IMG/VR virus record: IMGVR_UViG_3300045988_105383
From: a virus
DNA length: 64,000 nt
Direction: 5' to 3' (one strand)
Position 1 is the first letter of the stretch, and each line of letters opens with the position of its first letter. The notes beneath the pieces are model-generated. The model was given only the letters and a program-made list of their open reading frames with translations. It was not told where the DNA came from and searched no databases. This document shows, piece after piece, positions 20,814 to 29,316 of the stretch. Made by a program: the position numbers and the translations under genes.

Positions 20814-21134
20814 TCAGCTTGTGGCACCGAACGTCTGAATTTTCATTTCTGCAACCACGTTCTCATTCCAATTGACTGCATCATCCGTTCCTCCGAAAAA
20901 CAGCAAGCCGTCCACTTCAACAAATCCTTTCGGATTCCACTGCACATGTTCAGAAATCCCGATCACTCTCGGTTTTCCATCTCTGTCAAATTGCAGGATT
21001 GGCTGGCTATCCGCCTTTTCACATGCTTTTCGGATGGCTTCCTCTGAGTATTTCACCTTGTTTTCATCTGTAAAAATACCGCCCTCTATCTCAACCGGTA
21101 TTACGGCGTGAATCTTGATGTTTTTACAACGCAT
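20814..21134 (-). CDS. Hypothetical protein
   Basis: 106-aa ORF. Confidence 0.45.
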   Translation of the reverse strand: MRCKNIKIHAVIPVEIEGGIFTDENKVKYSEEAIRKACEKADSQPILQFDRDGKPRVIGISEHVQWNPKGFVEVDGLLFFGGTDDAVNWNENVVAEMKIQTFGATS

Positions 21135-21138
21135 TTGT

Positions 21139-21318
21139 CTACCTCATCGCATATTCGATCTTTTCCCTGACAGTCTCATAGTCCTCGGACGCGACAACGT
21201 AGTCCTGTTCCGCTGCATGAGGAACATTGAATGCAAAGAAAATCATTGTGCAACCTGTTTTTGGAACGACCATCTGAATCCACGCAGTATTTATGAGCAC
21301 TTTTTCACGGTCTTCCAT
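21139..21318 (-). CDS. Small hypothetical protein
   Basis: ORF track 21139..21372; ATG 21318 has GAGGT RBS and avoids overlap with dut. Confidence 0.4.
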   Translation of the reverse strand: MEDREKVLINTAWIQMVVPKTGCTMIFFAFNVPHAAEQDYVVASEDYETVREKIEYAMR

Positions 21319-21352
21319 TGTTGTGACCTCGATAAATCCGTGCAACCCTGTC

Positions 21353-21766
21353 TCACCTCCCCGTACTGCCAAATCCGCCAGTTCCTCGCTCAGTGTCTTC
21401 CAGAGAATCCACTACTTCCAGCTCTGGCAGCAGACATGGCAAGATCACCAGCTGCGAGATTTTGTCGCCATTCCGTACCAGGTACGGCTTTTCACCGTGG
21501 TTGTAGAGTTTGACCATGATACTACCCGTAAAGCCGCTGTCAATAACGCCTTCACTTGTAAGTCCGTACTTGACGTTCAGGCCGCTCTTGGCTTTTACCA
21601 TTCCGACAGTACCTTTCTCCAGTTCGACGTGTACGCCGGTGTCGAAAAGCTCGCTTCCGCCCGGATAGATATACACATCATCACGAGCCGAATAGAGGTC
21701 GAGGCCCGCGTCGAACTCATGTGCCCGTGTCGGCATGATCGCCCACGGCTCCAAAACAATTTTCAT
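21353..21766 (-). CDS. dut: dUTP diphosphatase
   Basis: Motifs AGLDLYS, GVIDSGFTGSI, RGTGGFGSTGR; start at MKIVLEP. Confidence 0.85.
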   Translation of the reverse strand: MKIVLEPWAIMPTRAHEFDAGLDLYSARDDVYIYPGGSELFDTGVHVELEKGTVGMVKAKSGLNVKYGLTSEGVIDSGFTGSIMVKLYNHGEKPYLVRNGDKISQLVILPCLLPELEVVDSLEDTERGTGGFGSTGR

Positions 21767-21767
21767 T

Positions 21768-21986
21768 TCATTCCTCCAAATAAACTGCTCCGCCGAGTAG
21801 ATGCGTCTTGACCATCGCTCCGCACTGGTCGCAAATGATCTCCGCATCCCCGCGTTCCGAAGAATAGATGGCCGTTCGTTTTCGGTATCGCATCACAAGC
21901 CGTCCGTCCTCCACGCTTCCAACGATATGGCCGTTCCGGCAGCGAATCATGCTGCCGGATGCCATTAACCGCCACGCCAGACTCAT
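21768..21986 (-). CDS. Small Cys-containing hypothetical protein
   Basis: 72-aa ORF, CRNGH...CDQCG zinc-ribbon-like. Confidence 0.4.
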   Translation of the reverse strand: MSLAWRLMASGSMIRCRNGHIVGSVEDGRLVMRYRKRTAIYSSERGDAEIICDQCGAMVKTHLLGGAVYLEE

Positions 21987-22168
21987 TCCACGCCCTCCGC
22001 AATGCAGGACTGCTTTTCCAGTCGCTCCAACTCGTCAGCAGCCTCTTCCTTCACAGTCTTCTGACATTTGCTGCACATCGTTTCGCGCGGCTCAAACGGA
22101 CACGAATCGATTTTGGGGCAACGTAACCGTTTTATCAATTTCTCACGCTTTGTCATGTCAAACACCAC
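21983..22168 (-). CDS. Small hypothetical protein
   Basis: 61-aa ORF, 4-nt overlaps on both sides. Confidence 0.4.
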   Translation of the reverse strand: MVFDMTKREKLIKRLRCPKIDSCPFEPRETMCSKCQKTVKEEAADELERLEKQSCIAEGVE

Positions 22169-22484
22169 ACAGTTTTTTCTTGTATCGGGAAACCGTCATT
22201 CTGCTCATCCCGAGCTCCATGCAAATCTCGGCATTCGATTTTTTAAGGCGCAGCATCTCAGCCAGCCTTTCCATGTCAAACTTTTCTGGACGGCCTCGTT
22301 TCGCGTCCGGTCTTCCGCCAGAAAGGCAGTTGCAGCACTCTTCGCTCGCATAGGGGCAGTGGTTGAGGCAGAAGTCTATATCTTCCGGAGAATCTGTTGT
22401 ATGTCTTTCCACGATCTCTTCCCGGTAAACGCTTTGCCAAGGCACCGATGCCCGGATCACCAATGATTCATAATCGACTTCCAT
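22158..22484 (-). CDS. HTH DNA-binding protein
   Basis: C-terminal ...NAEICMELGMSRMTVSRYKKKL helix-turn-helix. Confidence 0.5.
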   Translation of the reverse strand: MEVDYESLVIRASVPWQSVYREEIVERHTTDSPEDIDFCLNHCPYASEECCNCLSGGRPDAKRGRPEKFDMERLAEMLRLKKSNAEICMELGMSRMTVSRYKKKLCGV

Positions 22485-22505
22485 TTTGTTTTCCTCCGGT
22501 GCGAT

Positions 22506-23018
22506 TTAAATTTCTGTAATTTCAATTCCGTGGAAGTAAAGCATCATTTTACGCTTCAAAACGAACTTCGCATAGGCCGCAGAAGACGGATTCCGATAGC
22601 CTTTCACATCTTCGACCACCAAAATTCCATCCTTTTCATACACAAAATCGGCGTAGTAATCCACCGCACGTTCCACCAGCTTCTGCCCATCCTTCAAACG
22701 CGCACCGTTTTTACCATAGCGGATGACTGTTTTATACTGTGCCGGCAGCAAAGGGAATTTTTTCTGCCATTCCAGATTGCAGATCACTCCCTGCCGCTCC
22801 ATCAGTAAAAGTTCATCATAGCGGTCGGCTTCTTTGATGCTGTCAAAAGTCTTTCCGCATCGCTCAACCTTCTTGTTGTGCAGCTTTGCCGCTTTCTTTT
22901 CTTTCTGGGGAATCTGCGTCGCTGTAGTCTGCTTTTTCTTCATCTGCGAAATGATTTTCTCCGTTGCCTGCTTCCTGTAAGGCTCAGGCAGGTCCGACAA
23001 ACTGATATTCAGGCTCAT
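22506..23018 (-). CDS. DUF1064-like protein
   Basis: ...FDSIKEADRYDELLLMERQGVICNLEWQKKF...YYADFVY...VEDVKG pattern. Confidence 0.55.
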   Translation of the reverse strand: MSLNISLSDLPEPYRKQATEKIISQMKKKQTTATQIPQKEKKAAKLHNKKVERCGKTFDSIKEADRYDELLLMERQGVICNLEWQKKFPLLPAQYKTVIRYGKNGARLKDGQKLVERAVDYYADFVYEKDGILVVEDVKGYRNPSSAAYAKFVLKRKMMLYFHGIEITEI

Positions 23019-23024
23019 AGTTTC

Positions 23025-23615
23025 TCAAATCGTCATTTCATAATCGTCCGCGCCATATCCATCCTCTTCGGCCGATTCTTCCGGGGCCTCTCCCTGCATT
23101 TCCTGACAGAGATTCCAGAAGGCATCCACAAAGGACAGGTTGAAGGCTTTTACGAAATCGCGCTTCTCGTCATATCGCCCAAGCGTCAATATTTTCGACA
23201 TTGCGGTCGTCATGGCATCCACCACAGCCTCCCGGAAACCGTCACTGAGGATTTCGATATGTTCGATTCGCAGCTCATTCCAGGTCCTCTGCTCGCCGTC
23301 TTTGTTTGTATACTCCTTGCTGGACCATCTTCCAGCAATCAGCACATAGTCTCCGGCATGAACGCGCTGCGCCAAATCCGTCTGGTAGCACTCTCCGATG
23401 GAGATGCAGTTCATGAACTTCTTATCGGTTTCTGCGCCCTTGTCTCCATACGCCACGCCGAACGTGACTTTTGGCTTGGGAGGGGCCGTGTCCGACCCCT
23501 TTGTGTATTCCAGCTTTGCGTCTCGCGTAACCTTTCCCCAAATGACCATGCTTTGGCAGAATTTGCGCTTTGAGTCTTTTGGGTCCTGCTCTACGCGATT
23601 TACCAGCGGCCTCAT
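23025..23615 (-). CDS. OB-fold single-stranded DNA-binding protein (atypical)
   Basis: ...GDYVLIAGRWSSKEYTNKDGEQRTWNELRIEHIEIL OB-fold pattern; directly downstream of recT. Confidence 0.55.
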   Translation of the reverse strand: MRPLVNRVEQDPKDSKRKFCQSMVIWGKVTRDAKLEYTKGSDTAPPKPKVTFGVAYGDKGAETDKKFMNCISIGECYQTDLAQRVHAGDYVLIAGRWSSKEYTNKDGEQRTWNELRIEHIEILSDGFREAVVDAMTTAMSKILTLGRYDEKRDFVKAFNLSFVDAFWNLCQEMQGEAPEESAEEDGYGADDYEMTI

Positions 23616-24637
23616 GCCTCACCCATACCGAAGAACCCGTCATCCGAGAAGTCATCTTCTGCCGGTGCAGCATTTTTCTGACTTTTCTTCTGGCTCTTGG
23701 GTTCTGTCGTGGCCTCAGTCTTCTGTGCTGCCTCTTCCCGCTGCTTCAGCTCTTCCTCGACCGTGTTTCCGTCGCCGAAGAAATCATCGTCTTTGGCGCT
23801 CTCGATTGCCGCCGGCGCAGGATTCATAACCTCTCCGGTGCTACGATCCACACTGAGAACCGGAAGGGCCGGAATCATGCCATCTTCATCATCTTCCGAA
23901 AGAACATACCGGACCTCGTTCGACAGCGGAGCATAACCAGAATTCAAGAGACTGCGAAGCACCGTCTTCTTGCACATCCGCTCCTGCCCACCTCCAACGT
24001 CATACCATGGAGAGGACTTTTTCAGCTTTGCCGTTTCAGCCTCGCTGAGTTCTTCGTTGACATAGGCGTTGAATTTATCCAGCTTAAATGCCTGCGAATA
24101 TTTGTCGGCATGTTTGAGCAGTTTGTCCATGTTCCAGTATTCCGAGCGGAACATTCCGTTTTTCAGCTCAAAATATGCGTAATATCCGATGACCCTTGCT
24201 TTCTCCCGTTCTTCATCATCCGCATAGACCTCAAAGTCAAACGACGGCTTTCCGGTTCTCCGGTCACGGCCTTTGTATTCACCCTCTCGGATATCAATGC
24301 AGTCAATATCGCTGTACTGCCCAGTCGCCAGCGCCAGAGCAATCAGGCCCTTATATCCAACGATGAACGTGCAGGTTTGCCCATACGGAACGAGATAATA
24401 GCCCATTCCAAGACTCAGTCCCATGCCCTCGCCACGAAGTGCCGCTGCTACAATCGTCCCCGGCTCGCAAGCCTTCAACTGATCCGATGCATTGACGGCC
24501 GAGATCAACGTCGATGTAAAGCGCGCTGCGGCCCGGTCATCCTTCAGCGATTTTTGGATCATCGTCTGCATTGTCGTGGATGTGATGGCCCCGGAGAACG
24601 TCTGCTGTCTCGGAGCCAGTCTATTTGTTGCGTTCAT
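23612..24637 (-). CDS. recT: RecT-family single-strand annealing protein
   Basis: ...GMGLSLGMGYYLVPYGQTCTFIVGYKGLIALALATGQ... Confidence 0.8.
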   Translation of the reverse strand: MNATNRLAPRQQTFSGAITSTTMQTMIQKSLKDDRAAARFTSTLISAVNASDQLKACEPGTIVAAALRGEGMGLSLGMGYYLVPYGQTCTFIVGYKGLIALALATGQYSDIDCIDIREGEYKGRDRRTGKPSFDFEVYADDEEREKARVIGYYAYFELKNGMFRSEYWNMDKLLKHADKYSQAFKLDKFNAYVNEELSEAETAKLKKSSPWYDVGGGQERMCKKTVLRSLLNSGYAPLSNEVRYVLSEDDEDGMIPALPVLSVDRSTGEVMNPAPAAIESAKDDDFFGDGNTVEEELKQREEAAQKTEATTEPKSQKKSQKNAAPAEDDFSDDGFFGMGEA

Positions 24638-24652
24638 ATCTCAATTCCCTCC

Positions 24653-25531
24653 TCAGTAATCCTCTTTCGGCACTCGGCCAAACTTGATCCCATGTTTGAG
24701 CAGCCAATCACGGAGCTCAATTTTCTGGCTTCGCGTAAGATAGCATCTGAAATCGAGCACTTCGAGCGGCTCTGTCGGTTCCTCACTCTGTTTTACAGTT
24801 GTTGCAATCGGCTGCTCCGGCTTCTGAGTGAAAGTTGCTCTCTCAGCAGCCTCTCTCTCGGCAGCTTTCTTCGCTGCAGCTTTCTGCGCAACTCTTTGAG
24901 CGTCGCGCTGCTTTTTCATCTGAACCAGCATCGTCTCGCGCTCGATCACAGACCGCATTTCAAGGCTCCGCTGGTATTCCAGCATCAGCTCATCCTGAAA
25001 ATCGCTCTCCATCCTTCGGATGGTGTCCAAATCTGATTGGACGGTCTGCACCTTGCTGTCGATCTCCTTCTTTGCATCCTCGAGGGAGAACGTCGCATTC
25101 ATCCAACGTGGATTCTCGATGCGCTCAAATGCGAGCCAGCTCGGCGGCGTAACAGAGTGGAAGTACTCTCTGAGCATATCGCGCTTTTCAGCCTTGCGTT
25201 TTTCCTCAAACGCCTTGAGCTGCGTGTCGATGTTCTTCGCCGCCTCGTCGCACATCCCGGAAAGCTCCTTCATTTTCGCTTCAAAGGAGTTATACGGCTC
25301 CAAATAGCGCTTCTTGACCGCGATCCGCTGTTCCGAAATTGCTGAGCTGATCTTTCGGATTTTCGCCTTGTCCGCCTTCGCAGCCCCAAGACCATCCTCC
25401 GTGACCACCATTGTCCGATATGCTGTCAGATTTTCAGACAGCCAGCCTTTCACTTCCTCGAAGTTGAAATCGAGGCTCTGTGGAACGGCGCTGTCAAGGT
25501 CGGTAATCATCCGGATTTCCGTCGTCTGCAT
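24653..25531 (-). CDS. DUF1351-like protein
   Basis: N-terminal ...LDFNFEEVKGWLSENLTAYRTMVVTEDGLGAAKADKAKIRK; typical neighbour of recT. Confidence 0.5.
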   Translation of the reverse strand: MQTTEIRMITDLDSAVPQSLDFNFEEVKGWLSENLTAYRTMVVTEDGLGAAKADKAKIRKISSAISEQRIAVKKRYLEPYNSFEAKMKELSGMCDEAAKNIDTQLKAFEEKRKAEKRDMLREYFHSVTPPSWLAFERIENPRWMNATFSLEDAKKEIDSKVQTVQSDLDTIRRMESDFQDELMLEYQRSLEMRSVIERETMLVQMKKQRDAQRVAQKAAAKKAAEREAAERATFTQKPEQPIATTVKQSEEPTEPLEVLDFRCYLTRSQKIELRDWLLKHGIKFGRVPKEDY

Positions 25532-25764
25532 CAGCCCTCTGCCTCCTCGACATCATATTCCGTGATTTTCTTCAGCGGAAAGAACGCCGGATTGATCTCC
25601 TCCTGCGGCACATTCTCCCTTACAACGATAGCCTTGTTCTTTCCAGTCCCAGCCGGAACGATTACGCGGTCGCCAGTCTTCAGCGGCCGGCCTGTTTCAT
25701 AGCTATACGCCATGCCAGAATATCCCGCAGTCTTCTCTCGGTAAAATTTTACTGCAACGTACAT
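25531..25764 (-). CDS. Small hypothetical protein
   Basis: 77-aa ORF. Confidence 0.4.
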   Translation of the reverse strand: MYVAVKFYREKTAGYSGMAYSYETGRPLKTGDRVIVPAGTGKNKAIVVRENVPQEEINPAFFPLKKITEYDVEEAEG

Positions 25765-25773
25765 TTTTCCTCC

Positions 25774-26421
25774 TTATAAACTTAAAACCATTGGCGGCAT
25801 CTGTCGCCTCTGCACATAACCCCAGAAGGTTTCCGCCTTCTCCAGCAGCCATGCGAGGTCATCCTCGCAGTTCGCCCGTTCAATGTGGCGTGTCCGAATC
25901 GACCAGTCACCGCGGACGTCTTCCAATGCTGCAAACAAGTCTACGAACTCCCAACCCGTAGCGAGGAGCTGAAAAAGCGTCTGGCAATAATAGTTGTCCG
26001 GTATCTTCCCATCCGCCCACTTTTCATAGTCCGCTTTTTTCATAATCTGGCCGGTCTTGATCTCCAAAATTCCTCGCCGACCGCTCTCATCGGTTAATTC
26101 TCCGTCAAGGGTTGATGTCAACCAGTGGCGCTCGCTCTGCGCCAGAATGTCATACGGATAATGCTCGACTTGGACTTTAGGGTTCATAGCGGCGTACAGT
26201 GTTCTAAACGCCGGTTCCATCCGAACGCCGCGCTCCACAGCCTCGTTTTCAGAAATGTCCTTTGCTTTTTTCTGTCCCGTTTTGATTTTCCAGAGCTCCA
26301 CCGGTGACATCCATGGTGACAGGCCGCAGACCGCCGCCGCATCTGATCCGCCGATTCCAAGTTCCTGCCGGCCCTGCAGCCAGCTTTCCCGGTCCTCAAA
26401 GTGCTTTCGTATCAGGCTCAT
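25774..26421 (-). CDS. YqaJ-like recombination exonuclease
   Basis: ...LGIGGSDAAAVCGLSPWMSPVELWKIKTG...ILEIKT... Confidence 0.8.
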   Translation of the reverse strand: MSLIRKHFEDRESWLQGRQELGIGGSDAAAVCGLSPWMSPVELWKIKTGQKKAKDISENEAVERGVRMEPAFRTLYAAMNPKVQVEHYPYDILAQSERHWLTSTLDGELTDESGRRGILEIKTGQIMKKADYEKWADGKIPDNYYCQTLFQLLATGWEFVDLFAALEDVRGDWSIRTRHIERANCEDDLAWLLEKAETFWGYVQRRQMPPMVLSL

Positions 26422-26648
26422 ACCGTAGCCGCCTGTCTCATGTCTTCAGCCGGAATGTGTGCCTTTCTGCATATCCGGTTCAGTTCCCCGAGCGTGAAGA
26501 GTTCCGGCGCATTCATCTTTTTTCTTGCAGTCGTCGGCGAGCAGTTCAGAATTTCTGCCACCTGCGGCGGCGTGACATATCCGCGGATCAACCGCGTGAT
26601 TGAGAAGAAATCCGGCTGCTTTTTTCTGCTGTTTTTAAGATACGGCAT
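26418..26648 (-). CDS. Small HTH protein
   Basis: ...YVTPPQVAEILNCSPTTARKKM... Confidence 0.45.
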   Translation of the reverse strand: MPYLKNSRKKQPDFFSITRLIRGYVTPPQVAEILNCSPTTARKKMNAPELFTLGELNRICRKAHIPAEDMRQAATV

Positions 26649-26660
26649 TGTCTCCCCCCC

Positions 26661-27089
26661 TCATGCTGTTCCAATAATCATCATACGGAATGCCTCTCGG
26701 CCCTTCGCCGTAACCACCTGCAAGAGATAGTCCGGGTTCAGAATCGCCGCCTGCAATGTCTCGGGAGTCATATAAGCCCCATGCTTACGGATGCTCGGAA
26801 GCACCTCAGACGTTACCCACTTGCGGAAAGGCTTTGCCTCCGGTTTGTCGGAACGAAGAATCACGTTGTAAAGTCCGGATTCGTTGACGCAAAGCATTTC
26901 TCGGCTCTGACCACCTGACACGAATTTAATTCGGGTCAGCTCCTCCTGGTCAAGACGTGTGGAGATTTTGTTTGTATCGGTCAGCCCTAGAACATCGCAC
27001 ACGTCTTTCAGCACGAACCACGGTTCACCGTCAATCTGTACGGTTCTTACTGAAGCCTCTTTGTAATTGAAAATCCGTAATTCGTTCAT
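26661..27089 (-). CDS. Bro-N domain antirepressor-like protein
   Basis: MNELRIFNYKEASVRTVQIDGEPWFVLKDVCDVLGL...; start ATG 27089 overlaps the Cro-like stop (ATGA). Confidence 0.75.
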   Translation of the reverse strand: MNELRIFNYKEASVRTVQIDGEPWFVLKDVCDVLGLTDTNKISTRLDQEELTRIKFVSGGQSREMLCVNESGLYNVILRSDKPEAKPFRKWVTSEVLPSIRKHGAYMTPETLQAAILNPDYLLQVVTAKGREAFRMMIIGTA

Positions 27090-27343
27090 TCTCCCTCCGC
27101 CTTTTCGTCGCACATCGAAACAATGTCATCTTCGCCGCAGTTGTAAATTGCAGCAAGTACACGGCGGTATTTTCTCTGCGGACGTGATTTTCCGTTTTCC
27201 CATTGACTTACTGCGCTCTGCGCAACATTCAATACTTTTGCGACTTCACGCTGTGTCATACCGGACATGAGTCGGAGCTTCTTTATGGTTCTGATGCTAT
27301 CACCTCGCAAACCTAATAAATATAAGTTTTTATTGACAAGCAT
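27086..27343 (-). CDS. Cro-like XRE-family HTH regulator
   Basis: ...MTQREVAKVLNVAQSAVSQWENGKSRP; divergent from the repressor candidate. Confidence 0.7.
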   Translation of the reverse strand: MLVNKNLYLLGLRGDSIRTIKKLRLMSGMTQREVAKVLNVAQSAVSQWENGKSRPQRKYRRVLAAIYNCGEDDIVSMCDEKAEGE

Positions 27344-27361
27344 AAAGCACAGTGATAGAAT
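27333..27361 (+). promoter_or_regulatory. Sigma-70-type promoter toward the repressor side
   Basis: TTGACA-N17-TAGAAT with TG extended -10. Confidence 0.5.
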
Positions 27362-27436
27362 GAAATTGTCTGAAAATCATAGTATCGATGCGCTTTATGC
27401 GGTCATTTTCTATACCCTATCAGCGAGTACATTCAT

Positions 27437-27465
27437 ATAATACCTTATGTTATTTAGTTTTTCAA
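27437..27465 (-). promoter_or_regulatory. Sigma-70-type early promoter toward the Cro-like gene
   Basis: Minus strand TTGAAA-N17-TATTAT. Confidence 0.55.
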
Positions 27466-27522
27466 GTGCATTTCCTAAATTTCATTAGGTTTGTATGATT
27501 TAACAAAATAGAGGTACATAAT

Positions 27523-27903
27523 ATGAGCAAGATGCCAAGATCAGAAGAGGACATCACTTTAACGAGGATTCTCTCTCTCATCGAGAAAAATGAGGACGGG
27601 TCCTATAAATTTGGAGCAAAAAAAGCCTTTGCAGAAAGCATTGGATACACTGGTGGCGAAATCATCAACGCTTGGGAAAATGGTTCCAGCAAGTCCTATC
27701 TCAATAAAATCTATATAATCGCAACTGTACATCACGTCTCGCTCGCGTGGCTCGCTGGTGAGAGTGATGAAAAGTATGAAAAAAATGAACTCGCCGATTC
27801 CGACGAGTCCATTTCTGACTTTTTGCTTTTAAACGATGCTAATAAAGCAGTTATTCGAGCCGCGATCTCTGATTTGCTAAGAGGTCAGAAATCATCTGAG
27901 TGA
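27523..27903 (+). CDS. CI-type repressor candidate (HTH)
   Basis: Divergent from the Cro-like gene; ...SIGYTGGEIINAWENGSS...HHVSLAWLAGES XRE-like. Confidence 0.5.
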   Translation: MSKMPRSEEDITLTRILSLIEKNEDGSYKFGAKKAFAESIGYTGGEIINAWENGSSKSYLNKIYIIATVHHVSLAWLAGESDEKYEKNELADSDESISDFLLLNDANKAVIRAAISDLLRGQKSSE

Positions 27904-28057
27904 CTTTCGTTTTGTTTTCGCTGTTCAATTTTGAAAAACTCTCTTTTACACGCCTGTATTCTTGCATTACTTCGTTCCAGCTCTTTTCCATCATTCGTTC
28001 CCTCGATTCTTTCTTGTTCCATGTTCTTATACTAAAACGTTTGTTTGTATTTTGCAA
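27851..28057 (-). CDS. Doubtful small ORF
   Basis: 68-aa ORF overlapping the 3' end of 27523..27903; K/E-rich. Confidence 0.25.
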   Translation of the reverse strand: MQNTNKRFSIRTWNKKESRERMMEKSWNEVMQEYRRVKESFSKLNSENKTKVTQMISDLLANQRSRLE

Positions 28058-28447
28058 TATCCAGTCTGCACAAATCGGCCCCAGAATTTTCTACATTGAG
28101 CCGCAACATTCGTCCTCATTATTGTACGTCAAATATGCTATGCTCAGCGTTTTATGAAGCCATGACGAGTCATGGCTTGCCCAGCCTGGCTGGGCAGTTC
28201 ATTTTTCGCCTGAAAGGAGTCTTTCCGATGGGTTGAATCGCCCCAAGGCCGAGACATGTTTGAAAGCGGCCCCGCCGCCGTGCCACCGGCGACGGAGCCT
28301 ATAGCAGATTCGCCTTTACACATCATCTGCTACGCTTCTATCGTACCAGAATTTGGTGTGGAAAGTCCACGCCTTGGATTTCAAAACACTCCCCTGTTTT
28401 GATAAAACGCTACCCTGTTTTGCAAATTCTGCTATTGGAGGCTCGAA

Positions 28448-29074
28448 ATGTCCACATCAATGGAAAAACTATCGCCCTATTTCGATTCCTTCTCTGTGAA
28501 AGTCAAGCAGCGAAGGAACGAGCTGGGTCTAACTGTAAACGCGCTCTCCGAAAAGTCTGGTGTCCCCTATTCAAACGTCAGCCGCATCAACGCCGGCACG
28601 CAGGCAAATCCTCTGCTGTTCAACTGTGCTGCCATGGCTGATGTTATGGGTTTGTCACTTGACGAACTCTGCGGCCTTTCTGTCTCTGGAAATGATGATT
28701 TCCAATCGAAAGACCGGCTTCACGCCCTAGAACTGGAAAGCGCGCAGAAGGATGCAGAGATTCAGCGACTCAAGGGCCTTGTAAACACAGCTACCGCAAC
28801 AGCCGATGGGTTTAAAAAACTCGATGAGTACAAAATATCGCAGTCTGCTGTGCATCGCCCTGTAGAGTATGCACAGTTTGTGACGAACATCATTTTGACG
28901 TTCTTCCTGGTTGTCTATCTCATCATTGACTTTCAAATCAAGGATGCCGGGCTTATTCGTTTCGGAAGTTTCAGTGTTTTTGCATGGATCATCATTCTCA
29001 TCATAGCTGTGGCCACTATTACGGTCACGATTTCGTTTTCCAGATATCTAGGCAAAGCTAAAAAGAAGAAATAA
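28448..29074 (+). CDS. XRE-HTH / coiled-coil / C-terminal transmembrane protein
   Basis: LGLTVNALSEKSGVPYSNVSRINAG HTH, then a coiled coil, then two hydrophobic helices (IILTFFLVVYLIIDF, VFAWIIILIIAVATITVTI). Confidence 0.6.
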   Translation: MSTSMEKLSPYFDSFSVKVKQRRNELGLTVNALSEKSGVPYSNVSRINAGTQANPLLFNCAAMADVMGLSLDELCGLSVSGNDDFQSKDRLHALELESAQKDAEIQRLKGLVNTATATADGFKKLDEYKISQSAVHRPVEYAQFVTNIILTFFLVVYLIIDFQIKDAGLIRFGSFSVFAWIIILIIAVATITVTISFSRYLGKAKKKK

Positions 29075-29121
29075 CCTCCTCCGTCCAGCGATACATATCA
29101 AAAATTTCAAGAGAAAGAGGT

Positions 29122-29316
29122 ATGGCAAAATTGAAATCTAATAGTGAACGCGACAAACTCGTGCTGGACGCACTCAACGAAAACATCAAGAAGGCCCCAT
29201 CGCTCGGCATTTGCGCTGAGACCTTCTATGCTCTCAAGCAAGAATTCCTTCGTATTATGCAGGAGCGTGACGACGCTCTAAAACAGCTTCAGGATCAGGA
29301 AGACCATGAAATGTAA
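29122..29316 (+). CDS. Small hypothetical protein
   Basis: 64-aa ORF with AGAGG RBS, overlaps the int start. Confidence 0.4.
   Translation: MAKLKSNSERDKLVLDALNENIKKAPSLGICAETFYALKQEFLRIMQERDDALKQLQDQEDHEM

Noticed and set aside
23570-25036. 488-aa plus-strand ORF
   Set aside because: It is antisense to the recT and DUF1351-like genes, both of which have recognisable motifs on the minus strand.
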